Assembly (NCBI GenBank): GCA_040880305.1
Contig: JBBDIP010000044.1
Coordinates: forward strand, 15,914 to 79,913
Length of the DNA stretch: 64,000 nt
Direction: 5' to 3'
From: Bacillota bacterium
Lineage (GTDB): Bacteria > Bacillota > Sulfobacillia > Fermentithermobacillales > Fermentithermobacillaceae
Shown: positions 36,582 through 45,534 of the stretch, in pieces
Layout of the letters: every line of letters begins with the position of its first letter
Numbering within the stretch: position 1 is the stretch's first letter
Notes under the pieces: generated by a model
What the model was told of the DNA's origin: nothing
What the model saw: only the letters and a program-made list of their open reading frames with translations
Database searches by the model: none
Made by a program: the position numbers and the translations under genes

Positions 36582-38437
36582 CGCGCTTTGGGTACGCGGG
36601 CAAGATCCTTGAGGTTGACCTCAGCTCCCGAAAAGCCGAAGCCAGGCCGACTCCCGATGATCTCATAAGGGATTTTGTCGGAGGACGCGGTTTCGTAGCC
36701 AAGCTTCTGTGGGACATGGTGCCCGAGGGCACGGACCCATTCTCCCCCGACAACGTGGTCGTCATCGCGCCGGGACCGCTCACAGGCGTGTTTCTTCCCG
36801 GCTCCGGCAAGGTGCACATGGGGACCAAGTCGCCCGCAAGTGGCGGGTACGGCGACTCCAACATGGGCGGTCACCTGTCGCCCGAGATAAAATACGCAGG
36901 CTACGACGCCATCGTCCTCACGGGCAAGGCCAACGAGCCAACCATCCTTGTGGTGAACGACGACGCCATCTCGTTCGAGGACGCCGGCGACACGTGGGGT
37001 AAAGGCGCCATATCGTCCGAGGCCATCTTGAAGAAACGGCTGGGCGAGGATTTTCAGATTGCCACAATAGGTCCCGCCGGTGAGAACCTCGTGAAGTTCG
37101 CCTGCATCTCCCATGACTTTGGCCGGCAGGCGGGGCGGACGGGCGTCGGCGCTGTCTGGGGTTCCAAGAACCTCAAGTCCATTGCGGTCCGAGGGACAAA
37201 GTCCATCCCAATAGCCCAGCCCGAGAAGGCTTTTCAGAAGGGCAAGGAGATGTACGCCGGCTGTTTCCACAAACCCGGCTTCGAGACCTGGACCCCCTAC
37301 GGCACCGCCGAGGTAGTGGACTGGGTCAACAAGGTGGGGGCGTTCCCTACCCGCAACTTCAGCGAGACGTACTTTGAGGGCCACAAAGGCATCAATGGCC
37401 AGGCCTTGAAGGAAAGGATCAAGATAACCGACAAGGGCTGCTTCGGGTGTCCCACGCCCTGCGGCAAGTACTCGAAGGCCAGCACGTCGCTGGGCGAGGT
37501 CCTGGTAGAAGGCCCTGAGTATGAGACAATCGCCCTTCTGGGCGGCAACGTTGCCATAGACAAAATTGAGGAAGTCGCCTACGCCAACGCGGTGGCCGAC
37601 GAACTCGGGCTCGACACGATTTCGGGCGGGAATGTGGCCGGGTTCGCTATTGAGTGCTTTCTGAAAGGCCTGCTTACGGAGGAGCAGGTTGGGCGCAAGC
37701 TCGCTTGGGGAGACCTGGGGGGCGTGGTGTACCTACTGGAGAAGATGGCCAGGAGGGAAGGCATCGGCGATCTCTTGGCCGAGGGGGTCAGGACTGCCTC
37801 CAGGAAGATAGGCGGCGGGTCTGAAAAGTTCGCGATCCAGGTGAAAGGCGTTGAGTGGTCAGGCTATGAGGCGCGTTGGGCTCCGGCCATGATGGTCTCG
37901 TACATGACGTGTGACATCGGCGCACACCACAGCAGGTCTTGGGCCATAACCCACGACGTGGCCAAAGGACGAGACAGCCTTTTGGGCAAGGCCGAGAAGA
38001 CCATTGAGCTTCAGCACATCCGGCCCACGTTTGACGCGCTGGGATTGTGCAGGCTTCAGTGGGTGGAGATAGGCTTTGAACTGGAGAACTATGCCGACAT
38101 GTTCCCGCTGGTCACAGGCCTTGACATGACCTGGGATGACCTGCTGCGGTCGTCTGAGCGGACCTGGAACCTGACCCGGGCATTCACCGCCCGGGAGATA
38201 AGCGGGTTTGGCAGGGCACACGACTACCCGCCGGATAGGTTCATGGAGGAGAAGGTGCCGTCGGGGCCAGCGGCGGGCAAAGTCATCTCCAGGCAGGACG
38301 CTGACACTCTCTTGGACAACTACTACGCGGCCAGGGGTTGGACTCCGCAGGGGTTACCTGGGATGGCTAAGCTCACAGAACTGGGTTTGGGGTATGTTGC
38401 CAAGACGCTGTTGAAGTTAGGTTACAGCCTGGGATAG
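36578..38437 (+). CDS. Tungsten-type aldehyde:ferredoxin oxidoreductase (AOR family)
   Basis: The N-terminus MTRFGYAGKILEVDLSSRK...FVGGRGF and the length (~620 aa) are typical of the AOR family. A GGAGGG RBS precedes the start. The track ORF 36329-38437 includes a non-coding upstream extension. Confidence 0.9.
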   Translation: MTRFGYAGKILEVDLSSRKAEARPTPDDLIRDFVGGRGFVAKLLWDMVPEGTDPFSPDNVVVIAPGPLTGVFLPGSGKVHMGTKSPASGGYGDSNMGGHLSPEIKYAGYDAIVLTGKANEPTILVVNDDAISFEDAGDTWGKGAISSEAILKKRLGEDFQIATIGPAGENLVKFACISHDFGRQAGRTGVGAVWGSKNLKSIAVRGTKSIPIAQPEKAFQKGKEMYAGCFHKPGFETWTPYGTAEVVDWVNKVGAFPTRNFSETYFEGHKGINGQALKERIKITDKGCFGCPTPCGKYSKASTSLGEVLVEGPEYETIALLGGNVAIDKIEEVAYANAVADELGLDTISGGNVAGFAIECFLKGLLTEEQVGRKLAWGDLGGVVYLLEKMARREGIGDLLAEGVRTASRKIGGGSEKFAIQVKGVEWSGYEARWAPAMMVSYMTCDIGAHHSRSWAITHDVAKGRDSLLGKAEKTIELQHIRPTFDALGLCRLQWVEIGFELENYADMFPLVTGLDMTWDDLLRSSERTWNLTRAFTAREISGFGRAHDYPPDRFMEEKVPSGPAAGKVISRQDADTLLDNYYAARGWTPQGLPGMAKLTELGLGYVAKTLLKLGYSLG

Positions 38438-38477
38438 CAGGTGGTGGACGTCCTGGGACGGCGAGGGTGGGACCGGT

Positions 38478-38711
38478 GTGAAGATAACTCTCTCCTGCGT
38501 GGGAGGTTCCGCCCAGTACATGCCGGGCGGGGGACAGAAGATCGTGGTGGACGCCGAGGACGGAAGCACCGTTCTGGATGTGCTTGCGAGCCTGGGGATC
38601 CACCAGGACCTGTTTATGTTCGCTTTAATCAACGGTGAGAAGGCGGATCTATCTCGGAAAATCGGCGAGGGCGACGACGTTGTCCTGGTGTCAGCCCTTT
38701 CGGGCGGCTGA
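38478..38711 (+). CDS. MoaD/ThiS-family sulfur-carrier protein (C-terminal Gly-Gly)
   Basis: 77 aa ending ...LVSALSGG. The beta-grasp-sized protein sits directly after the AOR gene, a common position for MoaD. Confidence 0.7.
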   Translation: MKITLSCVGGSAQYMPGGGQKIVVDAEDGSTVLDVLASLGIHQDLFMFALINGEKADLSRKIGEGDDVVLVSALSGG

Positions 38712-38733
38712 GCAAGTCGCGCCCTCGCTTACG

Positions 38734-38937
38734 TTACCTGAAGATCCCGCCTATGGCGGCGAAGATGCCTCCTATGACGGAGAATACCGCGTGAAGCATC
38801 CCTCCGACGATCCCGAAGCCTATGCCCAGGACACCGCCGATAAGGCCGAACAGAAGGAACAGTCCACCGACCGCCAGAAGGATGATCCCAAGGCATCCCA
38901 GCCTCATAGCGCTCGCCCTCCAGTGAATAAGCTCCAT
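38734..38937 (-). CDS. Small Gly-rich hydrophobic membrane protein (67 aa)
   Basis: GxxxG-rich hydrophobic sequence (ILLAVGGLFLLFGLIGGVLGIGFGIVGGMLHAVFSVIGGIFAAIGGIF). It is on the same strand as the ClpP-like operon. Confidence 0.4.
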   Translation of the reverse strand: MELIHWRASAMRLGCLGIILLAVGGLFLLFGLIGGVLGIGFGIVGGMLHAVFSVIGGIFAAIGGIFR

Positions 38938-38988
38938 TACGTGATCCTATTACGAAAGGGCGCCTTTGAGGTTTGCCGTGCGTCGCCG

Positions 38989-39216
38989 CTACTTTCCGGT
39001 CCCTGGCACAGTGAAGCCGAACTTGGTGCCGGGCTGCCACGACGGGTTCAGGTAGTCGCGGGGATTGGGCGAGACCAGCCGCACGATCTGCGCTTGGCCG
39101 TTTACCATCTCCAAGACGAAGGTCTTGCCCTCGAAGTCGACTGAGAAGAAGTTGCGGTTTTCCACTTGGGTTGACTGCAGCACAATCTCTAGCGGGTATA
39201 TGGTGTAGAGCACCAT
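38989..39216 (-). CDS. Small hypothetical protein (75 aa)
   Basis: A good RBS (AAGGGGGG 9 nt upstream of the ATG). It lies immediately after the ClpP-like gene on the same strand. Confidence 0.5.
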   Translation of the reverse strand: MVLYTIYPLEIVLQSTQVENRNFFSVDFEGKTFVLEMVNGQAQIVRLVSPNPRDYLNPSWQPGTKFGFTVPGTGK

Positions 39217-39230
39217 GCAAAAGAGCCCCC

Positions 39231-39908
39231 TTACTGTACTTCGTCTTTGGCCTTCTTGGTCATCTCTTTCAGTTTCGCCACCGCCTGGGCCAACCCGCCA
39301 ACCTCGTCGATCAAGCCTGAGGTCACGGCCTCCTTGCCGACCAGGACGGTGCCGATGTCCAGTTCCCCTGTGCGGAACATAAGGTCTCGGAACTTGGCCT
39401 CGGTGACTCCCGAATTCTCGACGACGAACTTTATCACCCGGTCCTGCATCTTTTCCAGATACTCATAGGTTTGGGGCACTCCCAGGACGGTACCGGCCAG
39501 TCGAATGGGGTGGATAGTCATCGTGGCCGAGTCTGTGATGAACGAGTGACGGGCTGCGACCGCGATTGGCACGCCGATGCTGTGCCCACCTCCAAGCACC
39601 AGCGAGACAGTCGGCTTGGAGACGCTCTTTATCAGCTCGGCGATGGCCAGCCCTGCCTCAACGTCTCCGCCGACCGTGTTGAGCAGGATTAGTAGGGCGG
39701 ACACCTCGGGGTTCTCCTCCACCGCTACCAGTTGGGGGATGACGTGCTCATACTTGGTAGTCTTGTTCTGCGACGGTAGCACTATGTGACCTTCTATCTG
39801 GCCAATTATGGGCAAGCAGAAGATCTCGCTCTTGTGGTCCGGGACCCTCTGGACTCCCAGTTCTTTAAGGTTTTGCGCTCTTTCCTGTCCTGTCTCATGC
39901 TCCGGCAC
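39231..39908 (-). CDS. ClpP-family serine protease homologue (TepA-like, short form)
   Basis: ClpP/crotonase-fold regions: [20 protein letters not shown], and [14 protein letters not shown] in place of the canonical GxASSMG. The gene is 225 aa. Confidence 0.7.
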   Translation of the reverse strand: MPEHETGQERAQNLKELGVQRVPDHKSEIFCLPIIGQIEGHIVLPSQNKTTKYEHVIPQLVAVEENPEVSALLILLNTVGGDVEAGLAIAELIKSVSKPTVSLVLGGGHSIGVPIAVAARHSFITDSATMTIHPIRLAGTVLGVPQTYEYLEKMQDRVIKFVVENSGVTEAKFRDLMFRTGELDIGTVLVGKEAVTSGLIDEVGGLAQAVAKLKEMTKKAKDEVQ

Positions 39909-39923
39909 TAAGACCAGCCCTTC

Positions 39924-41522
39924 CTAGACAACGTCTGCCTCCCGCCATGATGACGCGAGGTCCAGATCGGGGAATATCCCGTCCGTCTCTTCCAACTGCC
40001 CCAGAAAAACGGGGTCAACCGCGCCCTCCTCCACTTGGTCCAAGAGGCTTCTGAACCTTCCGATATGAGAAACGAACCGCCGCCGGGCGTACTCCGGCAC
40101 GCTCCCGGTCTTCATTATGAACGGCCAGTCAGATGCCTGAGCCAAGAGGATCTCTCTGGTAGCCTGATTGAGGGCCCTTTGGGAGAGGCCGGTCGCGTCG
40201 GAATGCCTGCCCACTGCCTCGGTCATCCGGTCTTGGCAGACGTGCAGGTGTCGATAGATCCAGTCATTAGACCCCTCGAGCCACACCTCGTTATAGCCCT
40301 TGTACCCCCAACTGGACCGGGCCGGCTCCGCGACCTGGTTGACGGGGTAGAACGAGAGATAGTCGGTCGGAGTCACCGCGACCACACGATCCTGCGCGGC
40401 CATTTGCCGGAAGAGTTGCTCCAGGAAGATCGGCCCCTCATACCACCAGTGCCCGAAGAGCTCGGCGTCGTACGGCGCAACCATTATCGGGGTGCGGCCG
40501 CAAAGGCCTTTGTAGTGCTCCGCTTCCTTGGTCCGCCAGTAGAGGAAGTTCTCAGCGTGCTCGGCCGCCTTTCTCTCTGCCACCTGGGGGTCGTAAGGCT
40601 CCTTGTACTGAAGGCGCCTGTCTGTCACCCTGTAATATTTGAACCCGGTGGGCACCCTCTCGTCAGGCGGAAGGGCTTTGCCGAGATAAGAGACTGGCAG
40701 GTCATAGCCGGCATCCCGGTAGAAATCACGGTAGGCGCCGTCGCCGGGGTAGCCTTCATCGGCGCTCCAGACCTGTTTGGAGCAGTCTGGATCGCGCCCG
40801 AAAGCCGCAAGGCGACGTGGGGTCACCAAGGGGGCGTGAAACCCGAACCTGGGCCTGGGCGTTGCCAGGAGCACGCCGTGAGTTTCCAGGATGAAGTACG
40901 TGACGTTTCCTTCACGCAAGAACGGTTCAACCTCAGGGGAATAGGCGCATTCGGGCAGCCAGAAGCCCTGCGCGCCAACCCCGAAATGGCGGCGGAACGC
41001 CGCGAGCCCCGTGCGCACCTGGGCTCCTATAGCTGACGGATTCAGGAGCAATGGGAGGTACCCGTGGGTCGCCGCGGAAGTGATGAGTTCCACCGCGCCC
41101 GCGCGCGACAGGGCGTCCCAGGCGCCGATCAGATCCTCGTGGTAGTCTTCGCGAAATATCCGTAAGACTTCCGCGAAGCGGTCCTTGTACATCCTGGCCA
41201 GGCGGTTCATCACATGGTCCGTGGACGTGCGGTCGATCTCCTTCTCGCCTAGCTCCACCAAAGACATGAGGTAGCGCTTATACCTCTTCGTGAGGAGAGG
41301 GTCCGCCAGCATCTCCAGGAGCGGCGGCGACAACGACACGGTCACCCGGAAAGGGATATGGTCTGCGACGAGGCGGCCGAAGACTCCCAGAAGCGGAATG
41401 TAGCACTCCGTCAGCGCCTGGAAGAGCCATCGTTCCGCTAGCGAGTCCTCGACCTCCGGGTGCTTCACATAGGGCAGGTGTGCGTGGAGGATTAGGGATA
41501 GGAACCCGCTGGCGTTCCTCAA
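39924..41522 (-). CDS. GH57-family alpha-glucan branching enzyme / 4-alpha-glucanotransferase
   Basis: N-terminal SLILHAHLPYVKHPE is the GH57 signature. The likely TTG start lies immediately after the DUF4912 stop with a GGGGGAAG RBS. The track ORF 39924-41735 includes a 5' extension that overlaps the upstream gene. Confidence 0.8.
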   Translation of the reverse strand: MRNASGFLSLILHAHLPYVKHPEVEDSLAERWLFQALTECYIPLLGVFGRLVADHIPFRVTVSLSPPLLEMLADPLLTKRYKRYLMSLVELGEKEIDRTSTDHVMNRLARMYKDRFAEVLRIFREDYHEDLIGAWDALSRAGAVELITSAATHGYLPLLLNPSAIGAQVRTGLAAFRRHFGVGAQGFWLPECAYSPEVEPFLREGNVTYFILETHGVLLATPRPRFGFHAPLVTPRRLAAFGRDPDCSKQVWSADEGYPGDGAYRDFYRDAGYDLPVSYLGKALPPDERVPTGFKYYRVTDRRLQYKEPYDPQVAERKAAEHAENFLYWRTKEAEHYKGLCGRTPIMVAPYDAELFGHWWYEGPIFLEQLFRQMAAQDRVVAVTPTDYLSFYPVNQVAEPARSSWGYKGYNEVWLEGSNDWIYRHLHVCQDRMTEAVGRHSDATGLSQRALNQATREILLAQASDWPFIMKTGSVPEYARRRFVSHIGRFRSLLDQVEEGAVDPVFLGQLEETDGIFPDLDLASSWREADVV

Positions 41523-41523
41523 T

Positions 41524-42393
41524 CTACTTCCCCCACGTGAGGGGCGAACTGGTCCCGACTTTGGCGATGAACCGTCCGTAGCTCGCGTCCCAGTCCAGAG
41601 GAGCCCATTCCTCCGACACCTCCATCGACGCCGCCTCGGGGGGCAGGCATACCTCGTTGGAACGCACCAGGGCCACGAATCCGTCCGGGAAAACCCGACC
41701 GAGCTCCGCCACGAAGTTGTGCCGAGGGCGGTCAACTCTCACATACCAGTCCTCGGCTTCGTCCGCGAGGTCGACGTCGAAGTGTCTGGACCAAGGAGAG
41801 GGCTCCGTGAGGTCGTACATCCTGAGGACCGGCCTGGACAGGCCCCACTCAGAGAGACGCCTTTCGCGCAGTTCCTGGTACCGGTCCCGGGCCACCTCCC
41901 AGTACGCGTAGATCCATCGGGGGTCTCTGGCCATTAGGACCAGCCGTTCCTTGCCGTACTTGTCGGGAAGGACGTAGTCCTTGTCGCGAAAATCCCTGGG
42001 ATAGGCATAAGCTCCCGGCTGGACCTCGATTAGTTCGGCGGCTTCCCAGTCCAATTCTACTTCCTTCGAAAGGTTGTCTTTGCGTATAGGGCGCTCCTTC
42101 AAAGAACCATGGTCAGGCCGCCGCTGTGATGATTCGTCCTTGACGGTACGCGCGGCACGGGGGTCCGACACCAAGGGTCTGGAGACGCCCGCCCTCCTGT
42201 CGGACAAGAGCGCCTTGTCGGGGTCGATGGCCTCGGGAGGAGCGCCTATCTCGTCCGACGCCTCGGTCAGGGTGCGCTCGCGACCGCCGGCTCCCCGGCG
42301 GGTCCGTCGCCCGGTCCGGTAAAACCAGAGCGCAAGAGACACTGCTACAACGACGAGCACGTAGAACCAGAGCACGAATAGGATTCCTCCCAC
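41524..42393 (-). CDS. DUF4912-domain protein (the usual partner of GH57 branching enzymes) with an N-terminal TM helix
   Basis: LVLMARDPRWIYAYWEV matches the DUF4912 core. The N-terminus ILFVLWFYVLVVVAVSLALWFY is a TM anchor. The start is GTG. Confidence 0.75.
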   Translation of the reverse strand: MGGILFVLWFYVLVVVAVSLALWFYRTGRRTRRGAGGRERTLTEASDEIGAPPEAIDPDKALLSDRRAGVSRPLVSDPRAARTVKDESSQRRPDHGSLKERPIRKDNLSKEVELDWEAAELIEVQPGAYAYPRDFRDKDYVLPDKYGKERLVLMARDPRWIYAYWEVARDRYQELRERRLSEWGLSRPVLRMYDLTEPSPWSRHFDVDLADEAEDWYVRVDRPRHNFVAELGRVFPDGFVALVRSNEVCLPPEAASMEVSEEWAPLDWDASYGRFIAKVGTSSPLTWGK

Positions 42394-42443
42394 AGATGCA
42401 TTAATTATGAGGATTACCTCGTGTCTTATTCTGTTTACAGGCG

Positions 42444-44429
42444 GTGCGGGCTATGCGGGCGGCGACACTGGGAAACGGGCGGCTATCATTGGGCCTGGAC
42501 AAGGACCTTCGCCTTCGCGAGATGTTCTGGCCCAGCGTCGGCCTATTGAATCACCTTCAGGAAAACGGCGACAACAACCTTCTGCTTTGGAGGTCCGGGT
42601 CTTTCGACTCCGTGGGAGGCGCCGGATGGGAGACCAGGGGGGCGTACGGCTCCGGCATGTCCTTCCGGTGGGAGACCCAAAGGAGGGACGGGAGTCTTAA
42701 CGCCGTAGTGACCGACTGCGTCGACCCGTATCTGCCTGTGTGGGCCAGGACAGTGGAAGTGTTGACGGGACCTGGAAACGCCCCCCCAGAAGAGGCCCTG
42801 GCCCTATACTCGATGCAGGCCTACGCGCTCGGCGAGACCACGATTGGGGAGGGGGCTGCGTGGGACCCGGTCAAAAGGAGGCTTTACCACTTCAAGGGCG
42901 CGTTTTGGGTCGCAATCCAGTTGAGCGGCACTGCGGAGCAAGCCGCCCTCGACGGAGAGAACCGGGTCGCCGTGGCCAAGGTGAGGGACGGCGGCGTGCG
43001 CTTTTTGCAGGATTCAGGTGAGGTAGAGGGTCCTTTGGTGGACCACGGCTTCATACAGAGTGCGCTCGGCTTACGCTGGGCGTCTACGCGTCGCGTCCGC
43101 GCCGAATACCTGCTGGCTTTCGGAGCGGATCGTTTTGGGGCCGACAGCAATCTGGACATGGCCTGCAACGCGTCTTTGGTCCTGTCACGCTCGGAGCGCT
43201 ACTGGAGCGGCGTTGAAAGTGAGGCGCGGTTGTCGGTCGCGGTCCTTGCTTCCCACGCAGACTATGGCGGGGGAATCGTCGCTGCCTGCGATACCGACAT
43301 CCAGGGGGACTACCGGGACCATTACCGGTACGTGTGGCCCCGAGATGCCGCCATGTGCGTCTCGGCGCTGCTGCGTACCGGTTTGCCCGCCTACGCTCGG
43401 CGGTACCTGGGGTTTTGTTCCAGGGCGATCTCCAAGGCCGGTTTTTTCTGGCAGCGCTACAGGGTGGACGGCACGCAGGCATCCGGGTGGCACCCGTGGA
43501 CACTTGGAGGCGGCGACCTGCCCATCCAGGAGGACGAGACCGCGCTGTCGCTCATGACAGCCGGCGACTACCTTAGAATCGCGGGTGACCTGGACTCTCT
43601 TAACGATGCGTACCTGCCCTTTGTGAAGAGAGCGGCATCATTCATATTGGACTACACCCAGGCGGACGGCACGCTTGTGAGGCCCTCCTACGACCTCTGG
43701 GAAGAGCGGAGGGGCGTCTTTGCGTTTACCCAGGCAGCGTGCGCGGGAGGACTCCTGGCTGCTGCCGAAGTGGCGTCAGCCCTGGGCTACGAGGCCGACT
43801 CCCGGGGCTTTGAGCGCGGGGTCGCCCTGCTTCTCTCAGGTTTGCAGCAGTACCTATCCAACGAGGACAGGGGCTTCTGCCGGGGGATCGCGGGTTTCTC
43901 ACGTGCGCGCTCCGATATCGAAATGGACTGGACCGATGACGCGTCTCTGTTCATGATCCCCTTGGTCATCCCGCCTCCAGGCGGAGCCGCGCTTTCATTC
44001 GGCCCGTCAAACGCGGCTCTCCTGGAGACCATCCGGCGCAGGAGCAAGATCACCTGGACCCGCCTCAAGCGCTCTCTGGCTGTCGTCCTGCCAGGGACTG
44101 ATACGGCTGGATACGCCCGGTACAGAGGCGACTGGTATTGGAGGCCAGACGGCGCGCGCGACCTTCCCGGCAACCCGTGGCCTGTCACAACTGCCTGGTA
44201 TGTGTTGGCAGGGCTGAGGCTGGGCGAACTGGGCGCCAAAGACCTCGAATTGTACGTGAAGTGGTTTTGCGGCGTCGCGACCGATAGTGGCCTTCTGCCG
44301 GAGCAGCTGGACTGCATCCGAGGCGAGCCCAGGTCGGTGTCGCCGTTGGCATGGTCGCACGCCATGTACCTGGATCTACTATCCTCTGCTCGGACCGCTA
44401 ATACCCCAGGTGCGGCCGGGAAAGAATAG
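42444..44429 (+). CDS. GH15-family glucoamylase/glucodextranase-like protein
   Basis: YRYVWPRDAAMCVSALLRTGLP is the GH15 catalytic-domain signature. It has the N-terminal beta-sandwich plus (alpha/alpha)6 architecture at 661 aa. Confidence 0.8.
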   Translation: MRAMRAATLGNGRLSLGLDKDLRLREMFWPSVGLLNHLQENGDNNLLLWRSGSFDSVGGAGWETRGAYGSGMSFRWETQRRDGSLNAVVTDCVDPYLPVWARTVEVLTGPGNAPPEEALALYSMQAYALGETTIGEGAAWDPVKRRLYHFKGAFWVAIQLSGTAEQAALDGENRVAVAKVRDGGVRFLQDSGEVEGPLVDHGFIQSALGLRWASTRRVRAEYLLAFGADRFGADSNLDMACNASLVLSRSERYWSGVESEARLSVAVLASHADYGGGIVAACDTDIQGDYRDHYRYVWPRDAAMCVSALLRTGLPAYARRYLGFCSRAISKAGFFWQRYRVDGTQASGWHPWTLGGGDLPIQEDETALSLMTAGDYLRIAGDLDSLNDAYLPFVKRAASFILDYTQADGTLVRPSYDLWEERRGVFAFTQAACAGGLLAAAEVASALGYEADSRGFERGVALLLSGLQQYLSNEDRGFCRGIAGFSRARSDIEMDWTDDASLFMIPLVIPPPGGAALSFGPSNAALLETIRRRSKITWTRLKRSLAVVLPGTDTAGYARYRGDWYWRPDGARDLPGNPWPVTTAWYVLAGLRLGELGAKDLELYVKWFCGVATDSGLLPEQLDCIRGEPRSVSPLAWSHAMYLDLLSSARTANTPGAAGKE

Positions 44430-44451
44430 GTGTGACACTCCTGGAGGTGAT

Positions 44452-44751
44452 TTGGTGCTAGACGAAAGGATATGGAACAGCCCGGCGCCCGCGCAGAAGG
44501 GTTCGGTGGAGGAGATCGGGTACAGGGGACTATTGGTCCGCCACGGCGCTGACAAGGTGTATCTTCACTACGGGGTGGATGGATGGAAGGCGCCGAAGAC
44601 CGTCCCCATGAACAGGAAGACCGACGGGACATTCTCTTGCCAGATAACTTGCGATGGCGAGCGCTGCCTCGACTTCTGCTTCAAAGACTCGGCCGACCAC
44701 TGGGACAACAACAGCGGGCACAACTGGAACGTGCCCGTGCTCCGAAAATAG
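44452..44751 (+). CDS. Stand-alone starch-binding-module-like protein (CBM25/26-like)
   Basis: HYGVDGWKAPKTVPM...FKDSADHWDNNSGHNWNV (the W-DNN-G-N motif of CBM25/26). A GGAGGTGA RBS precedes the TTG/GTG start, directly after GH15. Confidence 0.55.
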   Translation: MVLDERIWNSPAPAQKGSVEEIGYRGLLVRHGADKVYLHYGVDGWKAPKTVPMNRKTDGTFSCQITCDGERCLDFCFKDSADHWDNNSGHNWNVPVLRK

Positions 44752-44954
44752 GCTCTCATCGAGGCTCTTGAGCACGGATTTTGTCTGCTGGGGCGGCCAG
44801 ATTTGGCCGCCACCAGCATTTTTATGAGTTTAGTGGGCATGGGCTGGCATGAAAAAGAGGAATTTTGCCAAATGGAGCGAATAACGCCCTTCGTGGGCTT
44901 AGACAGAGAGAGCAGCATACTGCCGAATGGCAAAGTCTGTGAGGAGGGAGAAAC

Positions 44955-45269
44955 ATGGCGCTTCCTAGTTTGACCCCGGCGGAGAAGAAGAAGGCGCTGG
45001 AAAAGGCGCAGACAATGAGGAGGGCCCGGGCGGAGCTCAGGTCCAAACTCAAGAAGGGTAACGTCAAGTTCTCGGACATCATCTCAGGCCGTAAGGATCC
45101 CGTTATACAGCGCATGAAGGTTTCCTACCTTCTGAAGTCCCTGCCGAGAGTGGGCAAGGTGAAGGCGGAGAAGATTATGGAGGAAGTCGGCATCGACGAG
45201 TCCCGCAGGGTCCAGGGCCTCGGCAAGAGACAGAAAGAGGCCTTGCTGGCCAGGTTCCTCGAGAAGTAG
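44955..45269 (+). CDS. mihF: Actinobacterial-type integration host factor (mIHF/sIHF family)
   Basis: MALPSLTPAEKKKALEKAQTMRRARAELRSKLKKG...LLKSLPRVGKVKAEKIMEEVGIDESRRVQGLG closely parallels mycobacterial/streptomycete IHF. A GGAGGGAG RBS is present. Confidence 0.8.
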   Translation: MALPSLTPAEKKKALEKAQTMRRARAELRSKLKKGNVKFSDIISGRKDPVIQRMKVSYLLKSLPRVGKVKAEKIMEEVGIDESRRVQGLGKRQKEALLARFLEK

Positions 45270-45284
45270 TCGGAGGGTTGCCAA

Positions 45285-45527
45285 TTGAGCATCCGGATGG
45301 TCAGCGTGGGTTTCGGCAATATCGTTTCGGCGGCCAGGATAATCGCAATGGTTTCGCCGGAAAGCGCGCCTATCCGAAGGGTAGTCTCTGAAGCCCGCGA
45401 TAAAGGGATGCTCATAGATGCGACTCACGGCCGGCGCACTCGCGCGGTTATTGTGACCGATTCAGGGCACGTTGTTTTGAGCGCAGTGAACCCCGAGACC
45501 GTGGTATCACGTCTGGACGAGAAATAG
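45285..45527 (+). CDS. remA: RemA (DUF370) extracellular-matrix/biofilm regulatory protein
   Basis: [68 protein letters not shown] is essentially the RemA family consensus. It lies upstream of gmk, as in Bacillus. Confidence 0.85.
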   Translation: MSIRMVSVGFGNIVSAARIIAMVSPESAPIRRVVSEARDKGMLIDATHGRRTRAVIVTDSGHVVLSAVNPETVVSRLDEK

Positions 45528-45534
45528 ATAAGAT

